Below are positions 11,109 through 22,400 of a stretch of DNA of 64,000 nucleotides, one piece after another (within the stretch, counting starts at the first letter, position 1; the number at the start of each line of letters is the position of its first letter). Position numbers and translations under genes: made by a program. The notes under the pieces are model-generated. The model was given only the letters and a program-made list of their open reading frames with translations. It made no database searches and was not told the origin of the DNA. This stretch comes from a virus (Duplodnaviria > Caudoviricetes), in IMG/VR virus record IMGVR_UViG_3300029976_000159, positions 1 through 64,000 of that record; one strand, 5' to 3'.

Positions 11109-12224
11109 ATGGCTTTAAATAGAAAAGATTTGGTAACTTTGGCAAAAATAGCTGCGAAAGCTAATCCTGCTTCTCCTACTGCTTATAGCTTTAGTGGAGA
11201 GAGCTTTTCATATGAAGCTCTTAATGAAACACTTCGTAGAGAACTTAAGGATTTAATAAAGTCGGAGCATTATTTCTCTAAGGATGATAGTCATAAGCTT
11301 GTCTTCTCCATCATAGGAGAAACAGTAGATGACATATTGCCGAAGAGAATGCAATAGGCTTACGGTCAGTTTGCCGAGGTTAAAACATACGCACAAGGTG
11401 ATAAGCCGAAGTTTGTAAGAAAAATAAATTCAAAACAGAGAGCGAAGCAGTTTATTACAAGAGTAGGTCTTGCTGGTAGATATGAAGTATTCAAGCTCGG
11501 TGGAGAAGAGAGTTTTGAAGTTCCTACTAGTGCTATCGGTGGAGCTGCGCAAATAGGCGTTGAGGAATATTTGGATGGTCGTATAGATTGGGCAGAGCTT
11601 GTTCAGATTGTAATGGACGGTATGGACGAACTCGTTTACAAGGAGGCGGCACAGGCACTCGTTGGAGCAATTAATCAGTTGCCTTCAGCTAATCGTGCAA
11701 CTATTGCTGGTTTTGATGAAGCGGCATTTGATGCGTTACTGAACGTGGCTAATGCTTACGGCACTCCTACAATTTATTGTACGAACGAGTTCGCGGTGAA
11801 GCTTATTCCGAAGGATGCATGGAGATATACTGAGGCTATGAAGACAGAACTTTGGAATACCGGTAGACTTGCTAGTTACAAAGGCTTCAAGGTAGTTATT
11901 CTTCCACAGGCTTTCGAGGACGAAACTAATACAACAAAGGTTATCGACCCGGGTTATTGCTGGATAATTCCAGCTGCTGGCGACACTAAGCCGGTTAAGA
12001 TTGCACTTGAGGGAGACACGATTATCAGAGAATTTGAAAATAGAGATTTCTCAACGGAAATTCAGGTATACAAAAAGGTTGGTGTAGTTGCTCTTATGAC
12101 AAATAACATTTGTTCTTACGTAGATACGTCTTTGGCTGGACAGATGGATACTTGGTCACTGACCAACGACACAGTAAAGAATACAGTAGCTATAGACGGT
12201 ACTGTATCGACCACATCGGTGTAA
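11109..12224 (+). CDS. Major capsid protein, 371 aa, single TAG at 11355
   Basis: ORFs 11109 and 11571 are in frame with no other stop between them. Size, synteny and a downstream hairpin fit an MCP. Confidence 0.8.
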
Positions 12225-12226
12225 TT

Positions 12227-12257
12227 AGGTTAAAGAGGAGCAAAGCTCCTCTTACCT
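12227..12257 (+). terminator. Stem-loop after the major capsid gene
   Basis: AGGT..AAGAGGAGC-AAA-GCTCCTCTT.ACCT hairpin; U-tract is weak. Confidence 0.55.
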
Positions 12258-12291
12258 AAAATTTTATGGAGAAAAAGGAGATATATATAAA

Positions 12292-12849
12292 ATGACAGAT
12301 AAAACTTATTTGGTAAAGAATAGAAGTGCGGGAATAGTAGTTTATAATATTCCCGGGGTAGTTCGTCGTGAGTTTAAACCTGGACAAACGCTTTCTATAT
12401 CTGAAAAAGAGCTAGAAAAGCTTACTTGGCAACCAGGCGGAAAAGAACTCATGGAAGGATATTTAATGATTCAAAGTGCGGAAGCGGTTAAAGACTTGAA
12501 TCTTCATACAGAACAAGAGTACTGGATGAATGAACAACAAGTAGTTGATTTGCTCCAAAAGGGTAGTTTAGATGAGTTTTTGGACGCTCTTGATTTTGCG
12601 CCTGCCGGGGTACTTGATTTAATTAAGAAATACGCAGTAGAACTTCCTCTTACCGATATGAATAAAGCAAATGCGCTTGAGAAGAAAACTGGATTTAGTG
12701 TTGCTAAAGCGTTGATGCACATAAAAGAGGAGAGAGAAGCAACTGGAGCTGCTGGAAAGCCGGCGGCACCCAAGAGAAGGGTTAATAAAACCGAGGAAAC
12801 TCCTCAGCCCGCTCGTAGAACAGAAAACAAGTATAAGGTAGTTGGTTAA
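12292..12849 (+). CDS. Hypothetical head-module protein
   Basis: 185-aa ORF with AAGGAG RBS, no TAG, basic C-terminal tail. Confidence 0.7.
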   Translation: MTDKTYLVKNRSAGIVVYNIPGVVRREFKPGQTLSISEKELEKLTWQPGGKELMEGYLMIQSAEAVKDLNLHTEQEYWMNEQQVVDLLQKGSLDEFLDALDFAPAGVLDLIKKYAVELPLTDMNKANALEKKTGFSVAKALMHIKEEREATGAAGKPAAPKRRVNKTEETPQPARRTENKYKVVG

Positions 12850-12866
12850 GAAGGGAGAGGGTTGCA

Positions 12867-13418
12867 ATGACTTCTTTTGCGACCGTATATGATCGTTTTT
12901 TATAGAAGGTTACGGACGATATGTACGTAGAATTAACTCCCGAGGATACCCTAAGAGATTTAAAGAATTTGCTTATAGAAGCGATTCCTGGGTTTGAATT
13001 TCCAAGACAAAATCTTTATGATTATACGGAACAAACCTCTGTGGTGAGTGAGGATGCGGTCACCGAAGGAGATTTTGTTACTAAACACTAGGATGATGGT
13101 TCTGTAATTGTAGATAGTTCTTGTTTTAATATAGACTTAACTTCTGAAGAAATTAATATTTTATCAATGATTATGGTAGAGGGTTGGCTTTAGCGTTAGA
13201 TTACTTCTATCGAGAACACGAGAATGAAGTTTTCGGGTTAGGATTTTTCTTTTACGTCATAGGCTAACCATCTATCTAAGCTTTAGGCGCAACAAGAGAG
13301 TGTGCGCACGCGCACCCATCATTTACAACGATTGTATAAGCGAAGAAAATTTGCGGATGATGGTCGATATATGTCTAATTGGCGTAATGCTTTAGGAAAG
13401 AGTACTTTTGACTATTGA
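12867..13418 (+). CDS. Putative head-tail adaptor/connector (code 15; absent from ORF track)
   Basis: MTSFATVYDRFLQKVTDD...WLQRQITS...TSQANHLSKL; seven in-frame TAGs; ends in TGA; synteny. Confidence 0.6.
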
Positions 13419-13726
13419 TTAGTAAGTATGGCTTTTAGATTGCGTCAAGCGCAATTATTTCTAATATTACTCGTTTAACCAATTAGATATGGAAATTAAT
13501 TCCAATGCGTGAGCATAAAGAAGATTGGGTTAAACAGCTTGAAACCGTTATAATAGAAATTGCAGGGTTGTAGGAAATTTTTTATCAAAACTCTGCTTTT
13601 TTATAGCTCTTGTGTAAGCTTGAGGGGTTGCGCATGATAGAAACGAGTTTTGAGATGTATAGAAAAACAATCTTTGAAACTTTAAGCCTAATTCAAAAAA
13701 TAAAAACAGAGGTTAATGATGACTAA
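13415..13726 (+). CDS. Hypothetical neck-region protein (code 15; absent from ORF track)
   Basis: TTG start overlapping the previous stop; reads 'ITRLTNQIWKLIPMRE...KLEGL...YRKTIFE'. Start is uncertain. Confidence 0.6.
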
Positions 13727-14711
13727 AACGTAGCAATTAATGGCGGCACGCCTAGGTATGTATTGGTCAGGAACTAGTGATGTAGGTGGCTTACCCAGTC
13801 TCTTAGAACATCAAGGCGGGAATCCGCAACAATTAAGAATGATAAAAGATAAGTATCGTTCTTTTAAAAGAGCCTTAGACGCTTCTTATTAGGGAGCTTT
13901 CGTAACCGAAGTAGATAAAGAAGCTCCAAAAGATTCGGCTAAAGCACTTATAAATCCTAATAAATTAAAATAGGATTATGATGATAAAATACTTTCAATT
14001 AGTTATGATTATAAATATGTCCCAGGCACTGTTTTTAAATGGGAAAATACTTAGTCCTATTGGTTGATATATTTACAAGACCTAGATGAGTTAGCTTATT
14101 TTCGTGGTGATATTCGTCGTTGCAGATATACTATTAAGTGGAAAGACGAAGAACAAAACGAGTATATGACTTATGTCGCGGTGCGTGGACCGGTTGAAAC
14201 GCGCGTGGAGAGCATCCAAAAGCAGAATGTAAGCGTGGATGTTCCGAACCATTCTTTAAATATATTAATGCCGAAAAATGATAATACTTTAAAATTTTTT
14301 CAACGTTATTCTGAATTTTATTTGTAGGAAGATCAATCAACGTGTTGGAGAGTTGAGGCGGTTGATTCAATTAGTATGCCAGGAATTATAGAGGTTAATG
14401 CAACGGAATACTATCACAACCCGCAAGAAGACAGCGAGGGTATAGTTAATAATCTAATTCTTACACCTCTTGGAAACGAAGATGGTTCGATGATTCATGG
14501 GGATGTATCTATTAGACCTAAAAAACAATATATGTATTTAGCAGATACAGAAATTACTAATTGGAAAGTTAAAGAAGAAAAAACACCAGTTAAATTATCG
14601 GTTATAGACAAAGATACTGTGGTGGTTTAGTGGTTAGCTAACTATGGCGGTGAATTTACTCTTGTAGCTGATGATTATGAAAAACGAATTACCGTTGAAT
14701 CATTATTTTAA
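13719..14711 (+). CDS. Putative head-closure/neck protein (code 15)
   Basis: Fragments 14064 and 14376 are in frame with ATG 13719; synteny. Confidence 0.55.
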
Positions 14712-14727
14712 TTGGAGGTAATTTAAA

Positions 14728-15288
14728 ATGCTTTTTACAAATTATAATTCTCCTCGTTCAAGTTTTCTGTCAATGGAAAAAGATTTATCTATTATATTGG
14801 ATAAAATTTTAGCTAATAATCGTTTAAAAAAATTATTATATTATACAACTAAAAATGCTTTAGAAGAACCTAATTTAACTGAAGAACAAACGTTAGAATT
14901 AGTAGGTAAAAATATAAAAGTAATACCGAAATTGTTTGTAGATTCAGATGTTTTAAATTATCTAGTTATTACTTTTGAAGATTTTGCGCGTAATGGTGAA
15001 AATCCAGAGTTTAGAGATAATAATATAGTATTTACTATTATATGTCATATGGATTAGATTCAATTAAAAGATTTAAAATTGCGTCCATATAGAATTGCCG
15101 CTGAATTAGATGATATGTTTAATAATAAGCATTTAACAGGAATAGGTACGGTACAATTTTCTATATCTTCTCATATGGTAGTTGTAAATGATGAATTTGT
15201 AGCTTTGCGCTTAACTTATTCAACCATTCATGGCGGAGAAGATAAAGTAAAACCACTAAATCCGAAAGATAATTTTTCTAATGACTGA
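14728..15288 (+). CDS. Putative tail terminator/completion protein (code 15)
   Basis: One TAG at 15055; 'RPYRIAAELDDMFN' segment; located upstream of the major tail gene. Confidence 0.55.
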
Positions 15289-16003
15289 TTATCGACTTGC
15301 GCTTGAGACAGGCGCGGATATTCCTATTCCAGAATGTGCGCTCGTTGCGCACTAGCCTACTTTATTAGAAATCAGTATGTGCGGTGAGCAAGATTATTTT
15401 GCTTCGGCTTAGTTATTAACAGTTTCTAAAGATAATTTAGCGAATGAGGACAAGAATGTTTTAGATAATATAACTAATTTTGAAATATTTATGACAGTGA
15501 TGTTAGATGAGCGTTTGAAAGACAAGCGCGATTCATTCATAAAAACTTTAAATTTGGTTTTTCCAAATTATAGTATTGGTTTTACACCTAATTCGATTTT
15601 AATGAAAAAAAATAAGCAATTGGTAACTATAGATAAAGAAAATTTCGATATATTTCAACAGGTGCTGAAAGACATTTTTTGTTTAGATACTTTTGCAGAT
15701 GAGGGATTTCATCCTGTTGGGAAAAAAAGCCGAGAAATAGCAGAGAAGTTAATGAAAGCTAGATAGCGCCGTGCTCGAGAAAAGGGCGAGGAAAACTCAT
15801 CCGTTTTAGGACAACAAATTTCTTGTCTTGCTATTGGTTAGAAAATCCCTATGTCTATAATAATACAGTATACTTTGTATTAGCTTATAGATTAGTTAGA
15901 GAGATATTAGTTATATACGGCTTGGTCTTTAGAAATTAAATCGAGATTAGCGGGTGGAGAATCAAATAGAGAATTAGAGAATTGGATGAAAGTTATACAT
16001 TGA
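15281..16003 (+). CDS. Hypothetical tail-module protein (code 15)
   Basis: MTDYRLALETGADIPIPEC...; many TAGs; in frame with ORF 15491; ends in TGA. Confidence 0.6.
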
Positions 16004-16035
16004 TTCCAAAAAATATAGAAGGAGGAAAAAAAGAA

Positions 16036-17160
16036 ATGGCTGATAAACGCTTTGGTATAAGAGAAATATGCGATGTTGTGTTAAGAGCTAAGACGAATAT
16101 GCAACTTGGCGATATGTATTTCGAGAAAGATATGCCTGTTCTTTATTTTAATAGCCTTAAGACATCAAGCCTTGAAGGAGCGGCAACCACAGTTTATGCT
16201 TAGGGCGGACCCGGCAATGCTCGATTGATAGCATGGGAAGGTGAACGTACCGTAACTTGGACGATGGAAGATGCTCTCATCTCTCCGAACAGTTTCTCGG
16301 TACTTTCAGGTGCTGGTCTTGTAGATGCAACAGCAGATAAAACAATCTTTGTTCATACAACTGAGACCACCGAAATTTCTGGTAGCACTTCCGGGGAATC
16401 CTCGGGAGGCTATATAGACTCAAATGGTGAGTATTTTAAGACTCCCGGTGATGTTTCAGGTAGTGGTGAATGGAAAATTAAGTTAGAAAATAGCCCAGCT
16501 AAAACGGGTGAAACTGACAATATTTTTGTATATGTTATTCCCTTGGACGATAATGGAGATATAGCGGCGGCACCTATCAGAGTAGCATTACAGGAGACAG
16601 TAGGAACAGGTGAAGGTAGTAGTCCCACTGACGATTCAACATTAACAATTACATCGTATGTCTTTAGTAGCACATACAATTTTACAGATGGACAAGGTGT
16701 ATTAGTAGATTATTATACCGAAAGAAAGTCAGGAGTTAAACAAATTGAAATTACAGCCGATAAGTTTGCTGGTAGTTATTACCTTGAAGCGGCTTGTTTA
16801 TGGAGAGACCAGTCTGGTGTTGATTACCCAGCTGAATTTATAATTCCAAACTGTAAGATTCAATCTAACTTTACATTTTCTATGGCGGCGACCGGAGATC
16901 CAAGTACATTTACCTTTACGCTAGACGCATTCCCCGGCTATCTTAAGTTTGATAAGTCGAAAAAAGTTATAGCGGCAATTCAAGTAGTACTTGATGAGGA
17001 TGGTACAACAGATGTGATGTCATATCAAGCAGAGGGTTCAATAGCAAATATGTACTCTCCTAACTCTAACGACAGTACATCATTGGAATTGACACTGAAA
17101 AACCTTACAACTGAAAAAACCCCAAGTAGTGGCTCGTATAAATCATATGTGAGTGAATAA
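16036..17160 (+). CDS. Major tail (tube) protein, single TAG at 16201
   Basis: GGAGG RBS; 'FGIREICDV..YA[Q]GGTGN..LIAWEGER..MEDAL..GDPSTFTFTLDAFP'; followed by a terminator. Confidence 0.75.
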
Positions 17161-17163
17161 TTT

Positions 17164-17205
17164 ATAAAAGGAGAAGAATTTATATTCTTCTCCTTTTATT
17201 TTTTT
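17164..17205 (+). terminator. Intrinsic terminator
   Basis: ATAAAAGGAGAAGAAT-TTAT-ATTCTTCTCCTTTTAT followed by a T-run. Confidence 0.8.
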
Positions 17206-17220
17206 ACATGAAAGGAGTGG

Positions 17221-18771
17221 TTGACGATGGATTACGGTGGAGTAAATCTGGGATATTACCTTAATAAAAATAAAAAAGGTATGGCTAAAGAAGTTACATC
17301 CTATGTGCGCAGTAAGGAACAAATAATACTCCAAGAGCTACAAAGGAGAAAAAGCAGAGCTAATATGCAAAAAATCGCGGATAGTTTAACTACTTTGATG
17401 TATGGCACTCCGCGCACTGGTCAAGCTAAAAAAGAATTTGAAGAAATGTTTCGACAGGCTTATGAAAATGAATTTGATAAAAAATTATCTCAAGATTTCA
17501 ATTTTGATACTTGGGATTTTAACGGTAGTCCAAAAGGCTATAGTTTTGAAGAAGTCAAAGCCACTCTTAAGGAATACCAAAGTACATCAGCGAAATCAGA
17601 TAAAACTAGAATTGGATTTGGTGAAGCCAATCGACTTGTGCGAATGGTTGATGAAATACTCAGAGCTAAGGGCGCGGAAATAGATAGTGAGTTAAAAAAA
17701 GCCGTGACAGAAAGCAATATGATGTTAATGCGAGCAATTCGTAATAAAGTCAGTGCAATGAAAGACTAGGGCATCTCAGCGGATAGTACCCAAAGATATG
17801 TAACTTCAGCAAATGCTCAAGAAAATGAGGGGCGACTATTATTAGATAATATTGCAAAACTCAGAATGTTTGAAGCAAGTACAAAAAAGGCTTTGAAAAC
17901 TACTGAAATAGGAAATGTGTTTGAGCTGTGCTTAAAGTATTATGGTGATTAGATTGCGGCTGCGGGTTATGATATTAGTAATAATCTTGTTCAATATTTT
18001 ACTAACGGGATTAAAAAGGATGTAACAGGTTCCGATAAAGTCGATAATGGATTATTGTCTTTTGGAATTAAACAAACTGTTTCGGTTACTAATGATAAGG
18101 GTGAAAAAGTTTCAAAAACAACTACTCAAACTGGTGATGATTCTGTTACAATTGATAATGTAACTATTAATAAAACAACAACTTCGATTGAAAACGACAT
18201 TCGAATGAAAATGGATGTTATTGTAAAAGTTCCCGATTTTGTAGACTCTGGTGAATTGCGCATTTCTGCTAAGAGCTGGAACGGTTCACGCAAAGTAGGC
18301 ACGGTTAGCATGGAACACGCACTTAATAGAACACTACGAAATATCAATGATGAAGTTTGGTATTTAATGAGTTTACAGAATAACAAAGATGATGGATACT
18401 ATGCGCAAGAAGCTGCATTTTCTGTAGCTTAGCTTTGTGTGTACGCGGATATAATTGCGGGTTTCGGTCAGGAGAGTGGATATGCGAATACATTAATTAT
18501 TAACGACAGAGCCGCACGATGTGTCAGGGTATATGATATATAGCAGATGGTTTCTGATGCTTTTCAAGGTAATTTAAACGGTGCGCAGCTTTAGATATAC
18601 CCCCGAGACTGGGAAGACTAGATGAATGATTACGCAGTAGGATATATGAAAGCTTTACTTGAATTAAAATCTAATGAAAGGGAACCTTAGCGCACAGATA
18701 CTTATATAGGTAGAATAAGGGCAGCTTTGCAAACTTTAAATATGCAAATATTTATTTAGAATTGGAGTTGA
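17221..18771 (+). CDS. Hypothetical protein, about 516 aa, with a possible PD-(D/E)xK nuclease-like domain (code 15)
   Basis: Continuous frame through ORFs 17221 and 18055 to TGA; motifs 'IGNVFE', 'KMDVIV', 'RISAKSW'. Confidence 0.5.
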
Positions 18772-18796
18772 CTTTATAAAAATTTTTTGTTATTAT
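18768..18796 (+). promoter_or_regulatory. sigmaA-type promoter upstream of the tail chaperone gene
   Basis: TTGACT, 17 bp, TG-N-TATTAT. Confidence 0.65.
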
Positions 18797-18817
18797 AGAG
18801 AAAAAGGAGAGATTTAA

Positions 18818-19342
18818 ATGGCAAAAGTAGCTTTTTCAAAATTAGGGTTAAAGAAATTGAATAAAGAGATTGAAGTTCCATTTGGAGATTAGGTAATTAT
18901 GGTTAAGGAATATTTACCTATCCAAGAGCAACTAGAAATGCTGTCTAATGTAATTAATGTGGCAAATGAAAATAGTAAATATTATAACCCCGCGCAACTT
19001 TCTGTATTGCTTTATTTAGAAATAATTTATCATGCTACTAATTTAAGCTTTACAGAGAAACAAAAAGAGGATTTCACTAAGACTTATGATTTAATAGTTG
19101 AAAGTGGACTGGGAGCTGCCATTTTTATGGCAATTCCGCGCGATATGGTTAGTCAATTGCGCTGTTGGTTAGATGAATGTGTTAAATCAATATATGATTA
19201 TAGTTCTTCCGCTCGTGGTGTTTTGGAGTCTTTGCGTTCAGAATATAACAATATGGATATGAACATAGAAGATCTTCAAAAGAAAATTGAAGATCCAGAG
19301 ACATTGGCGTTATTTAAACAAGTTGCTGGTCAATTGGGCTAA
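18818..19342 (+). CDS. Putative tail assembly chaperone (code 15)
   Basis: AAGGAG RBS; TAG at 18890; directly upstream of the tape measure gene. Confidence 0.55.
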
Positions 19343-19381
19343 ATTAATTTATTTTATTCTTTAAATTAAAAGAGGATAGAA

Positions 19382-19421
19382 GTAGGGTATGAGATTTATT
19401 CTCATACCCTATTATTTTTTT
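19382..19421 (+). terminator. Intrinsic terminator-like hairpin
   Basis: TAGGGTATGAGA-TTTAT-TCTCATACCCTA followed by a T-run. Confidence 0.7.
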
Positions 19422-19441
19422 ATAAGAGAGGAAGGAGAAAT

Positions 19442-22400
19442 ATGGCGGCGAGATAGATTAGTGTTAATTTAGCCTTTACGGCTGATACTAATAAAGCTAA
19501 ATAGGAAATTAATAATTTAATTAAGAGTTTTAGATAGTTAGGTACGGCTGGTTTTTCGAAGGATGGTTCTGTCACTACTTAGCTTTTGGAAGCTTAGAAA
19601 GCAGCTGTTGGACTGGGGGTTGCTTTAGAAAAGTCAATTAATGTTAATACAGGTAAATTAAATTTAACTTAGTTTTCGACTTAGTTGACAAAATCAGGGA
19701 AAACATTAAGTGATTACAGAGTTGCTCTTGAATAGCTGGGACCGGTCGGTACCCGCGCATTTACCGACTTAGCTAGTCAAATAGTTAAAGCTGACGCTAC
19801 TATTAAAGGTAGCAGTAAGCTATTAAATGATTTATGGATTACATTAAAGAATACAGCTAAGTGGGAATTGTCTTCAAGTGCGTTAAAAGCATTTACGGGA
19901 GCTTTTCAGACTGCTTTTGATTATGCAGAAAAATTAAATCAATCATTAAATGATATTAGAATTGTAAGTGGTTAGAGTTCTGAGTAGATGGCTAAATTTG
20001 CTACTGAAGCGAATAAGGCGGCTAAAGAGTTGAGCGTGTCTACTACAGATTATACTCAAGGTGCTTTAATTTATTATCAGCAGGGATTAGATGAACGAGA
20101 GGTACAAGAACGAACAGCTATTACAGCTAAAATGGCAAACGTTTCTGGTGATACCATAGCTACAGTTTCCGACCAATTAACCGCTGTATGGAATAACTTT
20201 GATGATGGTTCATAGAGTTTGGAGCATTACGCAGATGTTATGGTACGTTTAGGTGCAGATACCGCGTCTAGCTCGGACGAAATTGCGGAAGGTATTCAAA
20301 AATTTGCGGCTGTAGGTGACTTAGTTGGTTTAAGCTATGATAACGCGGCGGCTGCGCTAGCTACAGTTACTGCTTAGACGCGTGAAAGCGCGGATGTAGT
20401 TGGTACTGCATTTAAAACTATCTTTGCTAGAATGGAAGGTCTCTAGATGGGGGAGACCCTAGATGATGGTACTGATTTAAACAAATACTCTAAAGCTTTA
20501 GAAAGCGCAGGAGTTAATATTAAAGATGAAAACAATGAATTAAAAGACATGGATGTGATTATCGAAGAGATTGGTGCGAAATGGCAGACCATGAACAGAG
20601 ATTCACAAATTGCGCTAGCTCAAACGGTTGCTGGTGTTAGGCAATATAACCAGTTCGTGGCATTATTTGATAATTTTGATATATACAAGGAAAACCAAAC
20701 TCGTGCGGCTAATGCCGAGGGTTCTCTTGAAAAACAAGCGGATATATACGCAGAATCATGGAAAGCGGCGCAAAAACGTGTTGAGGCGTCCGCGCAAGGT
20801 ATTTATGATTCGTTGATTAATGATGAATTTTTTATTCAATTAAATGATTTTTTAGCTGATACGCTGGGCGGCATAGAACAAGTGGTTGATGCTCTTGGAG
20901 GTTTATCAGGTGTATTAAGTGCTATTGGAATGGTAGTCACTTCTTTATTTTAGAAACAAATTAGCTCAAGCATTTCAGATTTGGCACAGCAGATTTATTC
21001 ATTTACTCCAGCTGGTAAAAAGAATGCTGATTAGATGAGATAGGATGCTTATGAATAGAGTATAATTATGTTAAATAATGAAACAGCAGGCGATTTTTCA
21101 TATGAAGATAATGCTCGTACCGAAGCCATGCGCACTCAGTTGGAATTATAGAGATAGTTGGTACAAGAGAGTGAAAATTTAACTGAAGAGGAAATTCAAT
21201 AGAGATAGATGTTATTGGATATTAATAGTTAGTTATAGAATTAGAGAATTAAAGCCGGAGGAATATTAGATAATTACAATGAAATTAATTAGAAAAATTT
21301 AGCACGTGTTCAAAGTTAGATTGATAAGCAATCTGGAGTAACTGATTCTTATAAACAACAACAAAAGGGGAATTTTAACGATTAGGTAAATAGTGTTAGA
21401 AGCTACGCAAGTTTTTTGGCAAAGTTTAAAAATTTTAAAGTAGATTTAGATAATATTGATGATTTTACTGATTAGTTAAATGAAATGTCAGTTGAGGGTG
21501 AGCAAGCAGGAGAAAGTATACGATTATTAAAAACTTATTTGGAAAATGACGCAAACAGTACTTATGGACGCGGTAGTTTGTTAGAACTTATTAACGAGTA
21601 GATTTAGAATATTAGTACAGATGCCCAAAAGGCGCAAGGCGAGCTATCCTTCTGGTTACAAGAAACTTTAGGATACACAGAAGAAGGAGCTAACGCGCTT
21701 GTGCAAAGTTTAATTGATGAACAGAATGCCTTAAATAATTATAATGCAGCTGGTGAAAAAGCGACAGAACACGCAAAAATTATGAGCCAAAACGCTGGGG
21801 AGACAAAAACCTCTTTTGATTTATTAGGAGACGGATTATCTCAAACGGTGACGGGAATTACGTCAATGAGTACGGCTGTAAGCACAGTAACTGGTTTGAT
21901 GTCTGTCTTTGGAGATGAAACCTTAACAATAGGAGAAAAGCTTACTTAGTTTTTAATTCAAATACCAGCCGCTTTTGCTGCCGCTACCATTGGATTTAAA
22001 TCCTTTATTTCTGTTGGAAAAAATATATTGGAATTAGTTACTCAATTAAATACTACGGAATTGGGTACTAAAATTTTGACTTGGGCTAAGGCTTTAGACG
22101 TAGACACAGCTAGCTCGTTGCGCAATGCTGCTGCAAAACTTATTTAGAAGGTTGCAACCAAAGGTGCGGCTGATGCCGAAATTACTTTAGCAGCAGCTCA
22201 AGCAGCTTTAAATGTAGTTGTGTTTGCAGCTATAGCTATCATAGTGGCTATTGGCATTGCTATTTATGCTGTAGTTAAGCATATGAACGCTTGGAAACAA
22301 GAAGCAAAGGATAATGCGCAGGCGCAAGCTGAACTTAACGATAAAATGCAACAGTCGGCTGATGAAATAGAAAATTTAAAAAGTGAAATTTCTGATTTAG

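Noticed and set aside
18818-19441. Programmed -1 frameshift tail chaperone pair
   Set aside because: There is no second ORF between the chaperone and the TMP; a terminator-like hairpin follows instead.
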